From the NCBI GenBank assembly GCA_041736305.1, contig JBGSTX010000077.1, positions 1 to 14,371 of the forward strand: 14,371 nucleotides of DNA, in the 5' to 3' direction. This DNA is from Oligoflexus sp. (lineage in GTDB: Bacteria > Bdellovibrionota_B > Oligoflexia > Oligoflexales > Oligoflexaceae). Made by a program: the position numbers and the translations under genes. Under the pieces are notes generated by a model. It had not been told where the DNA came from and made no database searches. It worked only from the letters and a program-made list of their open reading frames with translations. This document shows, piece after piece, positions 6,962 through 14,371 of the stretch. Numbering within the stretch: position 1 is the stretch's first letter; every line of letters starts with the position of its first letter.

Positions 6962-7966
6962 ATGGAAAGTATCGTCCAGCTGCGCGGCATCACAAAGACT
7001 TACTCACAGGGTTCCTGGCTACAAGGGCGGCAGGATTTCCTGGCTTTGGAAAATATCAATCTTGACATTCAGCGAGGCCAAATTCTCGGAATCTTGGGCG
7101 AATCAGGCAGCGGCAAGAGCACGCTGGCCAGGATTCTCACCCGTATTGAGCGCCCTGACAAAGGCACTTTGACCCTCGATGGGCAAGCTCTCGTTGGATC
7201 GGGACAGACGCAGGCAGAGCGCCTCGCCTACGGGGCCCGCGTGCAGATGATCTTTCAGGATCCCTTTGCCTCGCTTAATCCGGTACACACCGTTTCTTAC
7301 CATATCGAGCGTCCCCTGCGCCTGCATCAAGAGCGATTGGGGCTCCACCCTCGCGATATCCAGTCGAAGATCTTGGAAGTTATGGAAGACGTGGGTCTCA
7401 GACCGGCCCAGGCCTATCTGCTCAAATATCCTTTTGAGCTATCCGGTGGGCAGCGGCAGCGGGTGGCGATTGCGCGAGCGCTGGCTGCGAAGCCCGACCT
7501 GCTGATCGCCGATGAGCCGACCTCTATGCTCGACGTTTCGATCCGCATGGACATCCTCAATCTCATCCGCAAGCTTCGCGATTCGCGAGGTCTCTCTATC
7601 GTCCTCATCACGCACGATCTTCCAAGTGCTTGGTATCTTACTGATCGCGTAGCCGTAGTTTATGCAGGTCAGGTGCTGGAAATCGGGTCTACCCAGGAGA
7701 TACTGGCTGAGCCTGCTCATCCCTACACGCGACTTCTACTCAAGGTCTCCCAGCAGAAAATACTGCGTAAGCAAAAATCCCGCGACGAAAGTCAGGTAGC
7801 GGCGCAAGTTCGCCAATTGTCTGGCTGCCTTTTTGCCCCTCGCTGTCCCCTTGCGCAGCCAAAATGTTCAGAGAGCCGGCCCGAGCTACTGAGTTTGGGC
7901 AGCGATCGCATGGCCCGCTGTTTCTTTCCTTTTCAAGATCACATCAAGGAGCGTTGCGATGCCTAA
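6962..7966 (+). CDS. Opp/Dpp-family ABC transporter ATP-binding subunit (OppF/DppF-like)
   Basis: Walker A GESGSGKS, Q-loop 'QMIFQDPFASLNP', signature LSGGQRQR, Walker B 'LLIADEPTSMLD', H-loop 'ITHDL', and an oligo_HPY tail with four Cys. Confidence 0.95.
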   Translation: MESIVQLRGITKTYSQGSWLQGRQDFLALENINLDIQRGQILGILGESGSGKSTLARILTRIERPDKGTLTLDGQALVGSGQTQAERLAYGARVQMIFQDPFASLNPVHTVSYHIERPLRLHQERLGLHPRDIQSKILEVMEDVGLRPAQAYLLKYPFELSGGQRQRVAIARALAAKPDLLIADEPTSMLDVSIRMDILNLIRKLRDSRGLSIVLITHDLPSAWYLTDRVAVVYAGQVLEIGSTQEILAEPAHPYTRLLLKVSQQKILRKQKSRDESQVAAQVRQLSGCLFAPRCPLAQPKCSESRPELLSLGSDRMARCFFPFQDHIKERCDA

Positions 7967-9320
7967 AAAAATGTTTCCTTCCGACTTTGTTTGGGGCACA
8001 GCGAGTTCGTCCTATCAAATCGAAGGCACGGAAGCCGGTGACGGTCGCGGTCCTTCGATTTGGGATGAGTTCTGTCGCGAGCCTGGCAAGATCGCCGACG
8101 GCAGCGATGGCAACATCGCCTGTGAGCACTACAAGCGCTGGCCTCAGGATATCGCCCTGATGGCCGAACTCGGCGCTAAGGCCTATCGCTTTTCAATTGC
8201 CTGGCCGCGTATTTTTCCTAGTGGGCGGGGGCACCTCAATGAAAAGGGCATGGATTTCTACAAGCAGTTGGTCGACGGGCTTCTTGAGAAGGGAATTAAA
8301 CCTTGGGCAACCCTTTACCATTGGGACCTGCCGGCTGCGCTCGAACATAAGGGAGGCTGGCGTAATCGCGATACAGCCTACGCTTTTGCCGACTATACTG
8401 AAGCTGTCGTCCACAGACTGAAGGATCGCGTCGGTCATTGGATAACCCACAATGAACCCTGGTGCGTAGCCGTCTTAGGGCATCGTACCGGCGAACATGC
8501 GCCTGGTCTGCAGGAGCCCCTGGCAGCGATTCAAACTGCCCACCACGTGCTCCTTTCCCATGGCTTGGCCATGCCGCGCATTCGTTCTTTAGCACCCCGG
8601 GCCACAGCCGGTATCACCCTCAATCTCAATCCAGCCTATCCCGCAAATCCGGAACGCGAGCAAGATCTCGAAGCTACGCGCTGGTTCGATGGCGACTTCA
8701 ATCGCTGGTACCTCGATCCGATCTTTCGGGGCAGTTATCCCGAAGATATGATGCGCGACTATGAAAAGCAGAAATATATCGATAGCAAAGGCTGGGCTTT
8801 CATCCAAGACGACGATCTCAAAACGATCGCGCAGCCAATTGATTTTCTAGGCGTAAACTACTATTCCCGTGCGGTACTCGGAGATCGCGGGCCCGAGGAA
8901 GTTGCGGCGCAAAAGGATCCTCTGCGCTACACGGCGATGGGCTGGGAGATTTATCCCGAAGGGCTCAAAGACCTTCTCGTTCGGCTGCACAAGGAATATC
9001 CGGCCAAGGCCTACTATATTACAGAAAACGGTGCTGCATATACCGACCGTATCGACCCGGACGGCGAGGTGAGGGACCCTCATCGCGTTCGCTACTATGC
9101 GCGACACGCCGAACAGATGAGCAAGATCTGCGATCTGGGTATCCCGCTCAAGGGTTATTTCGCCTGGTCGATCCTTGATAATTTTGAATGGGCGCACGGT
9201 TATGCCAAGCGCTTTGGGCTCGTTTATCTCGATTATCCGACCCAGCGACGGATACCCAAATCCAGCTTTAAGTGGTTGAAGCAGACGATCGCTTCGAATC
9301 AGCTTATCGACGTTCTCTGA
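7959..9320 (+). CDS. Glycoside hydrolase family 1 beta-glucosidase (cytoplasmic)
   Basis: GH1 N-terminal signature 'FPSDFVWGTASSSYQIEG', 'YRFSIAWPRI', 'TLYHWDLP', acid/base 'HNEPW', nucleophile 'YITENG' and 'WSILDNFEWAHGY..RFG'. No signal peptide. AAGGAG RBS at 7946-7951. Overlaps the upstream gene by 8 bp. Confidence 0.97.
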   Translation: MPKKMFPSDFVWGTASSSYQIEGTEAGDGRGPSIWDEFCREPGKIADGSDGNIACEHYKRWPQDIALMAELGAKAYRFSIAWPRIFPSGRGHLNEKGMDFYKQLVDGLLEKGIKPWATLYHWDLPAALEHKGGWRNRDTAYAFADYTEAVVHRLKDRVGHWITHNEPWCVAVLGHRTGEHAPGLQEPLAAIQTAHHVLLSHGLAMPRIRSLAPRATAGITLNLNPAYPANPEREQDLEATRWFDGDFNRWYLDPIFRGSYPEDMMRDYEKQKYIDSKGWAFIQDDDLKTIAQPIDFLGVNYYSRAVLGDRGPEEVAAQKDPLRYTAMGWEIYPEGLKDLLVRLHKEYPAKAYYITENGAAYTDRIDPDGEVRDPHRVRYYARHAEQMSKICDLGIPLKGYFAWSILDNFEWAHGYAKRFGLVYLDYPTQRRIPKSSFKWLKQTIASNQLIDVL

Positions 9321-9338
9321 AGCACTGAAGGAAAATTC

Positions 9339-11021
9339 ATGTTCATAAAGTTCTGGCGTACGCTGGGTTTGCTCGCCTGGCTGGCAGGAGTGGGCGCGTG
9401 CCAACCGAAAGCTCCCAGCTCGCGCGACTACCTTGTGATCTCGACCGAACCGGCCACGGCCTGGATTCGCAATTTCAATCCCTTTACAGCCTCAACCGGT
9501 GGCGGACGCTGGTCGACGATCGCCGCCATGTTCGAACCGCTGATGATCTACAATCGGATGCAGGGCAAGTTCGTACCCTGGTTGGCTACCGAGCAGCGCT
9601 GGGAAGATGCGGAGCATCGCCGTCTTATCTTCAGCCTGAGACCTAGCGTCCGCTGGTCAGACGGGCAAGCGCTGAAGGCTGAGGATGTGGTCTTCACCTT
9701 CCAACTTCTGAAGAAGTTTCCTGCTCTCGATACCAACGGGGTCTGGTCTTTTCTCGAAGGCGTCGAACTCGCAGCCCCCACCGAGGTGCGCTTTCGCTTT
9801 CAGAAGCCATTCGCACCAGGTCTCGTCTATATTGCTCAGCAATTCATAGTGCCTCAACATAAGTGGCAGGATGTGCAGGACCCAGTGAGCTATGCGAATG
9901 AGCAACCGGTTGCCACGGGACCTTACACCGAGCTCAATCTCTTTGAAAATCAGGTCTACGAGCTCGGTCGCAATCCCTATTACTGGCAGAAGGATAAGGC
10001 TCAGGTCAAAGCCCTCCGTTTTCCTGCCTTTCCGAGCAATGAGCAGGTCATGCTCAATCTCTTGAAAGGTAAGATCGATTTAGCCGCCAATTTTATACCG
10101 GCTGTAGATAGAGTCTACGTCGCAAAAAACCCTGAAAATCACCACTATTGGTTTCCGCTAGTCGGGAATATGGTTTTTCTCTATCTGAACAACGCGCAGC
10201 CTCCTTTTGATCAAGAAGAGGTGCGTAAGGCTGTCAGTCGTGGCATCGATCGTCAGAAGATCGTCAAGGTTGCGATGTTCAATTACACGGAGCCGGCGCA
10301 TCCCAGTGGGATGACGCGGGCCTTCGAGAAATGGCGTCTGCCTGTCGAACAGCCGGAAGGTGAATGGGTGCGTTTCCAGCCAGAAAAGGCTGCTGCGGAT
10401 CTCGATCGGCTCGGCTTTAAGCGCGGTGCGGATGGCATGCGCCGCTTACCTGACGGCAAAATTTGGTCGCTCGATATCGCTGTCGTTACCGGTTGGTCGG
10501 ACTGGGTGCGAGCCGCTCAAATCATGTCGAAGAATCTGCAGACGCTTGGCATCGATGCCAGAATGCGGACCTATGATTTCGGCGCTTATTTCAGTCAGCT
10601 GCAGAGGGGCGAATTCCAAGCCGCCATTTCCTGGTCCACCGATACGGTGGAACCCTATGAGTTTTATCGTTGGCTCATGGCAGGCACGACCAAACAAGCC
10701 GTTGGCACCTCATCTCCCAGCAACTGGCAGCGTTTCGCCGATCCTGTCGTTGACGCCAAGCTGGCTGCGTTGGCCTCGTCTTTTGACGAAGGCGAGCAGC
10801 GCAAACTTATCGCGGATCTCCAAATCCTCTTTATGCAGCATGCTCCCGCCATACCGCTCTTCCCGAATCCAGCCTGGGGCACTGCCAATACCGAGCACTT
10901 TGTAAATTATCCGAGTCCGGCTGAACCTTATGCGGTACTATCGCCCAACTATCGGCCTGAAATTCTCCAAGTGCTGACCGAACTGCGCCCTAAAACGCAG
11001 CAGGAGAAGAAGAAGCTATGA
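9339..11021 (+). CDS. ABC transporter substrate-binding lipoprotein, family 5, oligosaccharide-binding subfamily (cellobiose/chito-oligosaccharide-binding-like)
   Basis: 560 aa with a lipobox (VGA|C21) and SBP_bac_5 motifs 'VRWSDG...AEDVVFTF' and 'PVATGPY'. The motifs 'RNFNPF', 'NHHYWFP' and 'GWSDW' are, from recall, typical of Thermotoga/Vibrio oligosaccharide-binding proteins. Adjacent to a GH1 gene. AAGGA RBS at 9328-9332. Confidence 0.9.
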   Translation: MFIKFWRTLGLLAWLAGVGACQPKAPSSRDYLVISTEPATAWIRNFNPFTASTGGGRWSTIAAMFEPLMIYNRMQGKFVPWLATEQRWEDAEHRRLIFSLRPSVRWSDGQALKAEDVVFTFQLLKKFPALDTNGVWSFLEGVELAAPTEVRFRFQKPFAPGLVYIAQQFIVPQHKWQDVQDPVSYANEQPVATGPYTELNLFENQVYELGRNPYYWQKDKAQVKALRFPAFPSNEQVMLNLLKGKIDLAANFIPAVDRVYVAKNPENHHYWFPLVGNMVFLYLNNAQPPFDQEEVRKAVSRGIDRQKIVKVAMFNYTEPAHPSGMTRAFEKWRLPVEQPEGEWVRFQPEKAAADLDRLGFKRGADGMRRLPDGKIWSLDIAVVTGWSDWVRAAQIMSKNLQTLGIDARMRTYDFGAYFSQLQRGEFQAAISWSTDTVEPYEFYRWLMAGTTKQAVGTSSPSNWQRFADPVVDAKLAALASSFDEGEQRKLIADLQILFMQHAPAIPLFPNPAWGTANTEHFVNYPSPAEPYAVLSPNYRPEILQVLTELRPKTQQEKKKL

Positions 11022-12001
11022 TAAAAATCTTGCAAAGGCTGGTTTTTTACGTCGTCGCCATCTTTCTGGCTCTCTGCATTAATTTCTTAATCCCCAGGCT
11101 GATGCCTGGCGATCCTATGAATATGATTTTTGCGCGTTTCCAGGGCCAAATGAGTCCTGAAGCGATCGCTGGCTTGCGTCAGGCCATGGGCTTCACGGAT
11201 GCTTCCATGGCGTCGCAGTTCTTGCACTACTTCACCAGTATTCTCCAGGGGAATTTCGGAGTGTCTACCAGTCTCTTCCCGGCGCGCGTCGGCGATGTCA
11301 TCTGGCAGTCGCTCGGATGGACCGTTCTGCTGGCTGGAGTTTCGCTGCTGGTCAGTTTCAGCTGCGGAACAGTGCTCGGGGCTTTGGCGGCCTGGCGGCG
11401 CGGCTCCTGGATCGATCGGGTGCTGACGCCAGCTTTGATCTTCATAGGCTCTTTTCCCTATTTTTGGTTGGCTATGCTGCTCGTGTATATTTTCGCCTAT
11501 TTGGTCGAGTGGTTTCCTATCGGCCACGCTTATTCGGATGGCAGCAAACCGGCTTGGACCTTCGCTTTCTTCGTCGACGTCATGCGACACCTCTTCTTGC
11601 CAGCCCTTTCCATAGTTCTGGCCACGATAGGCGGTTGGATCCTCAGCATGCGCAACGCGATGGTATCCGTGCTCGGCAGCGAGTTCATCAATCTAGCCCA
11701 CTGCAAAGGTTTGAGTGACAGAGTCGTGCTCGTGCGTTATGCGATGCGCAACGCTCTGCTGCCGAATATCACAGGTCTAGGAATGGCCGTAGGCTACGTC
11801 CTCGCCGGCTCGATGCTAACCGAGATAGTCTTTTCCTATCCGGGGCAAGGCTATCTCCTCGTGCAAGCGGTTCGCAACCAAGACTACCCGCTGATGCAGG
11901 GCCTCTTTTTTTGCATCACGCTGGCTGTTCTCTTGGCAAACTGGATGGTCGACCTCGCTTATTACTGGCTAGACCCAAGAACTCGGGGGCAAAATATATG
12001 A
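11018..12001 (+). CDS. ABC transporter permease (OppB/DppB-like)
   Basis: 'FLIPRLMPGDP', 'GNFGVS', several hydrophobic helices, EAA-loop region 'EFINLAHCKGLS', 'TEIVFSYPG', 'DYPLMQG' and 'LDPR'. ATGA overlap with the SBP stop. Confidence 0.94.
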   Translation: MIKILQRLVFYVVAIFLALCINFLIPRLMPGDPMNMIFARFQGQMSPEAIAGLRQAMGFTDASMASQFLHYFTSILQGNFGVSTSLFPARVGDVIWQSLGWTVLLAGVSLLVSFSCGTVLGALAAWRRGSWIDRVLTPALIFIGSFPYFWLAMLLVYIFAYLVEWFPIGHAYSDGSKPAWTFAFFVDVMRHLFLPALSIVLATIGGWILSMRNAMVSVLGSEFINLAHCKGLSDRVVLVRYAMRNALLPNITGLGMAVGYVLAGSMLTEIVFSYPGQGYLLVQAVRNQDYPLMQGLFFCITLAVLLANWMVDLAYYWLDPRTRGQNI

Positions 12002-12948
12002 CTCTCTTGCGAACTCTCGTCCGCCAGTCGCCCTTCCATCGAGCGATGCGTGATTATCCCGCATCGTTACTTGGTCTAGCTTGCCTCCTCCTCCTCGGAT
12101 TAGGTTCAGTGCTCCTTCTGCCTTTTATCGGGGATCCCAGGGATTTTATCGCCGAACCGCTCCTCGGTCCTTCGACAGTTTACTGGTTCGGGACCAATGG
12201 CCAAGGGCAGGACGTGTGGCGGCAGACCGTCGCCGGTACCGCTTCGTCGCTGGGTCTGGCTTTTGCAACCGGCATGAGCATGACGGTTATCGGAGCTCTC
12301 ATCGGTCTTATCGCTGGTTATACCGGATCCTGGATCGACAAAATACTTTCCTACGCGACCAATATCGCCCTCGTGATTCCTGGCCTGCCGCTAGCCATTG
12401 TCCTAGCAGCTTTTCTGCCCTCAGGTCCTTGGAGTCTCTATATTGTTTTAGTCGTTACCGGCTGGGCATGGACTGCGCGAGTTTTTCGCGGATTGGCCCT
12501 CTCGCTCCGCAGTAAAGACTTTGTTCTAGCCGCGGCGCTCGCGGGTGAATCGCGGCTCCGCATCGTTTCCTTTGAGCTGCTGCCGAACCTCCTGGCTTCC
12601 TTTGCCTCCAGCGCGATCGGCGCTACCATTTACGCGATTGGAGCTCAGGTCGGTCTGGAGTTTCTCGGTCTCGGCGATATGAACCGCGTGAGCTGGGGTA
12701 CCAATCTCTATTGGGCTAGCAACGATGCAGCGCTCCTGACTGGATCCTGGTGGATTTTTGTTCCGACCGGACTCTGTATTGCCCTTGCCTGCAGCGCACT
12801 GACCTTGGTTTCCTATGCTGTAGATGCTGTCAACAACCCGAGTTTGCGGGCCGAGCAGGTTCTCAATAAACGCCTCCGTGATCCGCTGCGTCGCGCTATC
12901 GGAGTCACACCTCTCGCCAAGGAGATTCGTCATGCTCTCAACGCCTAA
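11998..12948 (+). CDS. ABC transporter permease (OppC/DppC-like)
   Basis: 'WFGTNGQGQDV', EAA loop 'DFVLAAALAGES', 'LEFLGLG..SWG' and 'WWIFVP'. Start placed at ATG 11998 (ATGA overlap with the upstream stop) rather than the ORF-track start at 11911. 316 aa. Confidence 0.92.
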   Translation: MTLLRTLVRQSPFHRAMRDYPASLLGLACLLLLGLGSVLLLPFIGDPRDFIAEPLLGPSTVYWFGTNGQGQDVWRQTVAGTASSLGLAFATGMSMTVIGALIGLIAGYTGSWIDKILSYATNIALVIPGLPLAIVLAAFLPSGPWSLYIVLVVTGWAWTARVFRGLALSLRSKDFVLAAALAGESRLRIVSFELLPNLLASFASSAIGATIYAIGAQVGLEFLGLGDMNRVSWGTNLYWASNDAALLTGSWWIFVPTGLCIALACSALTLVSYAVDAVNNPSLRAEQVLNKRLRDPLRRAIGVTPLAKEIRHALNA

Positions 12949-13999
12949 TCTACTCGAGATCCGTGATCTTTCTGTTGCCTTTGCTGCTGTGGAAGGGCCC
13001 GATCTCCTAGTCCTCGACCAGGTGAGTCTCGAGCTCAAAGCTGGTGGCATCATGGGTTTGGTGGGTGAATCAGGTTGCGGAAAGTCGACTCTTTGCCGAG
13101 CGATACTGAAGACCTTGCGCGCACCGGCTTATATCGCCGGCGGCCACGTGAGCTGGCAGGGTGAGAGTTTGCTCGACCGACCCCCTCCGGTACTCAATCA
13201 GCTGCGCTGGCGGGACATCTCTATGGTCGTCCAGAGTGCGCTCGACTCGCTCAATCCCGTGGTCAATATTGAAGCCCAGCTCCTGGATACTATGCGCGCC
13301 CACGGATATCGAAACGCCGAAGCCAATCGCGAGCGGCTAGCGGAGCTGATCGCTTTGGTCGGTCTCGAGCAACGTCATCTCAAGGCTTACCCTCATGAAC
13401 TTTCGGGGGGTATGCGGCAGCGTGTAGTGATAGCCATGGCCTTGGCTCTGAATCCGAAGCTTCTGATAATGGATGAACCGACCACAGCCCTCGATGTCGT
13501 CACCCAGGCAGAAATTCTTGGTCATATTCTCGATCTACAGGAGAAGCTTGGATTTGCGATCCTTCTCGTCACCCATGATCTGCCTCTCGCCCTCGAGTTT
13601 TGTCACGAGATCTCGGTCATGTATGCTGGCAGGATAGTTGAAAGAGGCAAGGTAGGGCCTCTCCAGCAGAACCCTCAGCATCCTTATACGGCCGGGCTGC
13701 TGCATTCTTTTCCACAGCCGGGATCGAAGGCGCAGGTGATGCGTGGCGTTCCGGGTGATCCAGCCAGCTTCAGTTCATTGCCTTCGGGCTGCGCTTTTCA
13801 CCCGCGCTGCACCCAAGCGGTAGGGGTCTGCCCGGAGCTGGTACCAAAGCTTGAGCAGAAGGGATCAACGACAGTAGCTTGCCACAATCCTCTGCAGGCC
13901 AGCAGGGCCGAGATCGGACCGACTAGCGAGAGTCCTAAGTTCATGCCTAACAAAAAACTGCAGTCTCTTTCGAGCGATCTTCGAGCCGTTCAGAACTGA
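12932..13999 (+). CDS. Opp/Dpp-family ABC transporter ATP-binding subunit (OppD/DppD-like)
   Basis: Walker A GESGCGKS, signature LSGGMRQR, Walker B '[12 protein letters not shown]', 'VTHDL', 'HPYT' and a four-Cys tail. Start placed at ATG 12932 behind an AAGGAG RBS (12919-12924), just before 'LLEIRDL'. 355 aa. Confidence 0.94.
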   Translation: MLSTPNLLEIRDLSVAFAAVEGPDLLVLDQVSLELKAGGIMGLVGESGCGKSTLCRAILKTLRAPAYIAGGHVSWQGESLLDRPPPVLNQLRWRDISMVVQSALDSLNPVVNIEAQLLDTMRAHGYRNAEANRERLAELIALVGLEQRHLKAYPHELSGGMRQRVVIAMALALNPKLLIMDEPTTALDVVTQAEILGHILDLQEKLGFAILLVTHDLPLALEFCHEISVMYAGRIVERGKVGPLQQNPQHPYTAGLLHSFPQPGSKAQVMRGVPGDPASFSSLPSGCAFHPRCTQAVGVCPELVPKLEQKGSTTVACHNPLQASRAEIGPTSESPKFMPNKKLQSLSSDLRAVQN

Positions 14000-14198
14000 A
14001 AAAAGCGTTTTTTTAAGTCCATAGAACACTTGTGAAAAATTTCTCGGCGAAAGTTTGCTGGCAGTTCGCATCAAATCCTTTCTAAATCGAATATTCTAAA
14101 AATTACCGAAACTTATTCATTGTGAGGGCCCCTTGGACCCTCCTCAAAAAATTACTTCCTCTCAAGCCGGCATAGAGGCTGACGAAAGACGGCCTATG

Positions 14199-14225
14199 TT
14201 AAGTTTTTCCAAAATCTGCCGATAA
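14199..14225 (+). promoter_or_regulatory. Sigma-28 (FliA/SigD)-type promoter
   Basis: TTAAGTTT(14199-14206)-N11-GCCGATAA(14218-14225) versus the consensus TAAAGTTT-N11-GCCGATAA: 15/16 match with exact spacing. It ends 37 nt before the ATG at 14263. Confidence 0.85.
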
Positions 14226-14262
14226 GAAAAATAAGCCTTTATAAATATTCTTGGAGGGAAGA

Positions 14263-14371
14263 ATGAAAATTGTATCACTGCGTATTTCTATGGTTGCAAT
14301 GCTCCTGCTGGTGTCGGTGCCAAGTTTCATCGCTTGTTCAACCGCGACCCCAGCTACTACTAGTGAAGAAG
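14263..14371 (+). CDS. 5' part of a probable lipoprotein (truncated by the window end)
   Basis: Not in the ORF track. GGAGGG RBS at 14253-14258, and the frame is open to the window end: MKIVSLRISMVAMLLLVSVPSFIACSTATPATTSEE. It has a basic N-region, a hydrophobic core, a lipobox-like FIA|C25 and a Thr/Ala/Pro-rich tether. Confidence 0.75.
   Translation, partial: MKIVSLRISMVAMLLLVSVPSFIACSTATPATTSEE

Noticed and set aside
6739..7065. 108-aa ORF overlapping the start of the first ABC ATPase
   Set aside because: Non-ATG start, no RBS, no recognisable motif, and an out-of-frame overlap of about 100 nt with a well-supported gene.
2810..11021. Vibrio ChiS/CBP-like sensing pair (hybrid kinase near an oligosaccharide-binding protein operon)
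   Set aside because: ChiS is a membrane kinase with a periplasmic sensor domain. This kinase has no TM or periplasmic region and is separated from the operon by an unrelated opposite-strand gene.
11911..11997. ORF-track N-terminal extension of the OppC-like permease
   Set aside because: It lies inside the upstream permease. ATG 11998 gives a typical ATGA translational coupling.
12824..12931. ORF-track N-terminal extension of the OppD-like ATPase
   Set aside because: It overlaps the permease by more than 100 nt. ATG 12932 has an AAGGAG RBS and immediately precedes the conserved first beta-strand.
131..13999. Aminopeptidase P and the Opp-type transporter as a peptide-utilisation cluster
   Set aside because: They are 5 kb apart in separate transcription units, and the SBP motifs plus the embedded GH1 point to sugar substrates.
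13999..14014. Intrinsic terminator after the operon (A6-GCG-T7)
   Set aside because: The U-tract is present but the stem is A-U only with no GC pairs, which is too weak to call.
207..14074. Numerous short alternative-frame and antisense ORFs (e.g. 8847-9404 -, 10360-10905 +, 11087-11590 -, 12526-13053 -)
   Set aside because: All lie wholly or largely within strongly supported genes, lack recognisable motifs and look like shadow ORFs.
14179..14188. Hammerhead ribozyme core (CTGACGA, GAAA)
   Set aside because: CUGANGA and GAAA overlap with no intervening stem II, so the catalytic core cannot form.

Overview
Bacterial chromosomal window with 10 complete CDSs and one CDS truncated at the right edge. 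No rRNA, tRNA, CRISPR array, transposase or phage gene is recognisable. In order: a ~600-aa Xaa-Pro aminopeptidase (M24B); a small secreted protein with two canonical EF-hand loops; a soluble 3xPAS-HisKA-HATPase-REC hybrid histidine kinase with atypical G1-box and receiver residues; a convergent YegD-like Hsp70 overlapping the kinase stop by 4 bp; a tightly coupled six-gene beta-glucoside/oligosaccharide uptake operon (ATPase - GH1 beta-glucosidase - family-5 binding lipoprotein - 2 permeases - ATPase) with no adjacent regulator; and the start of a probable lipoprotein gene behind a near-perfect sigma-28 (FliA) promoter. Several intergenic inverted repeats are present. I see no clear evidence of a wholly new multi-gene system. 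The best leads are the secreted EF-hand protein, the possibly degenerate kinase, the sugar-adapted Opp-type operon and its structured upstream region, and the FliA-driven lipoprotein. Family assignments come from motif recognition and recall, not from database searches.
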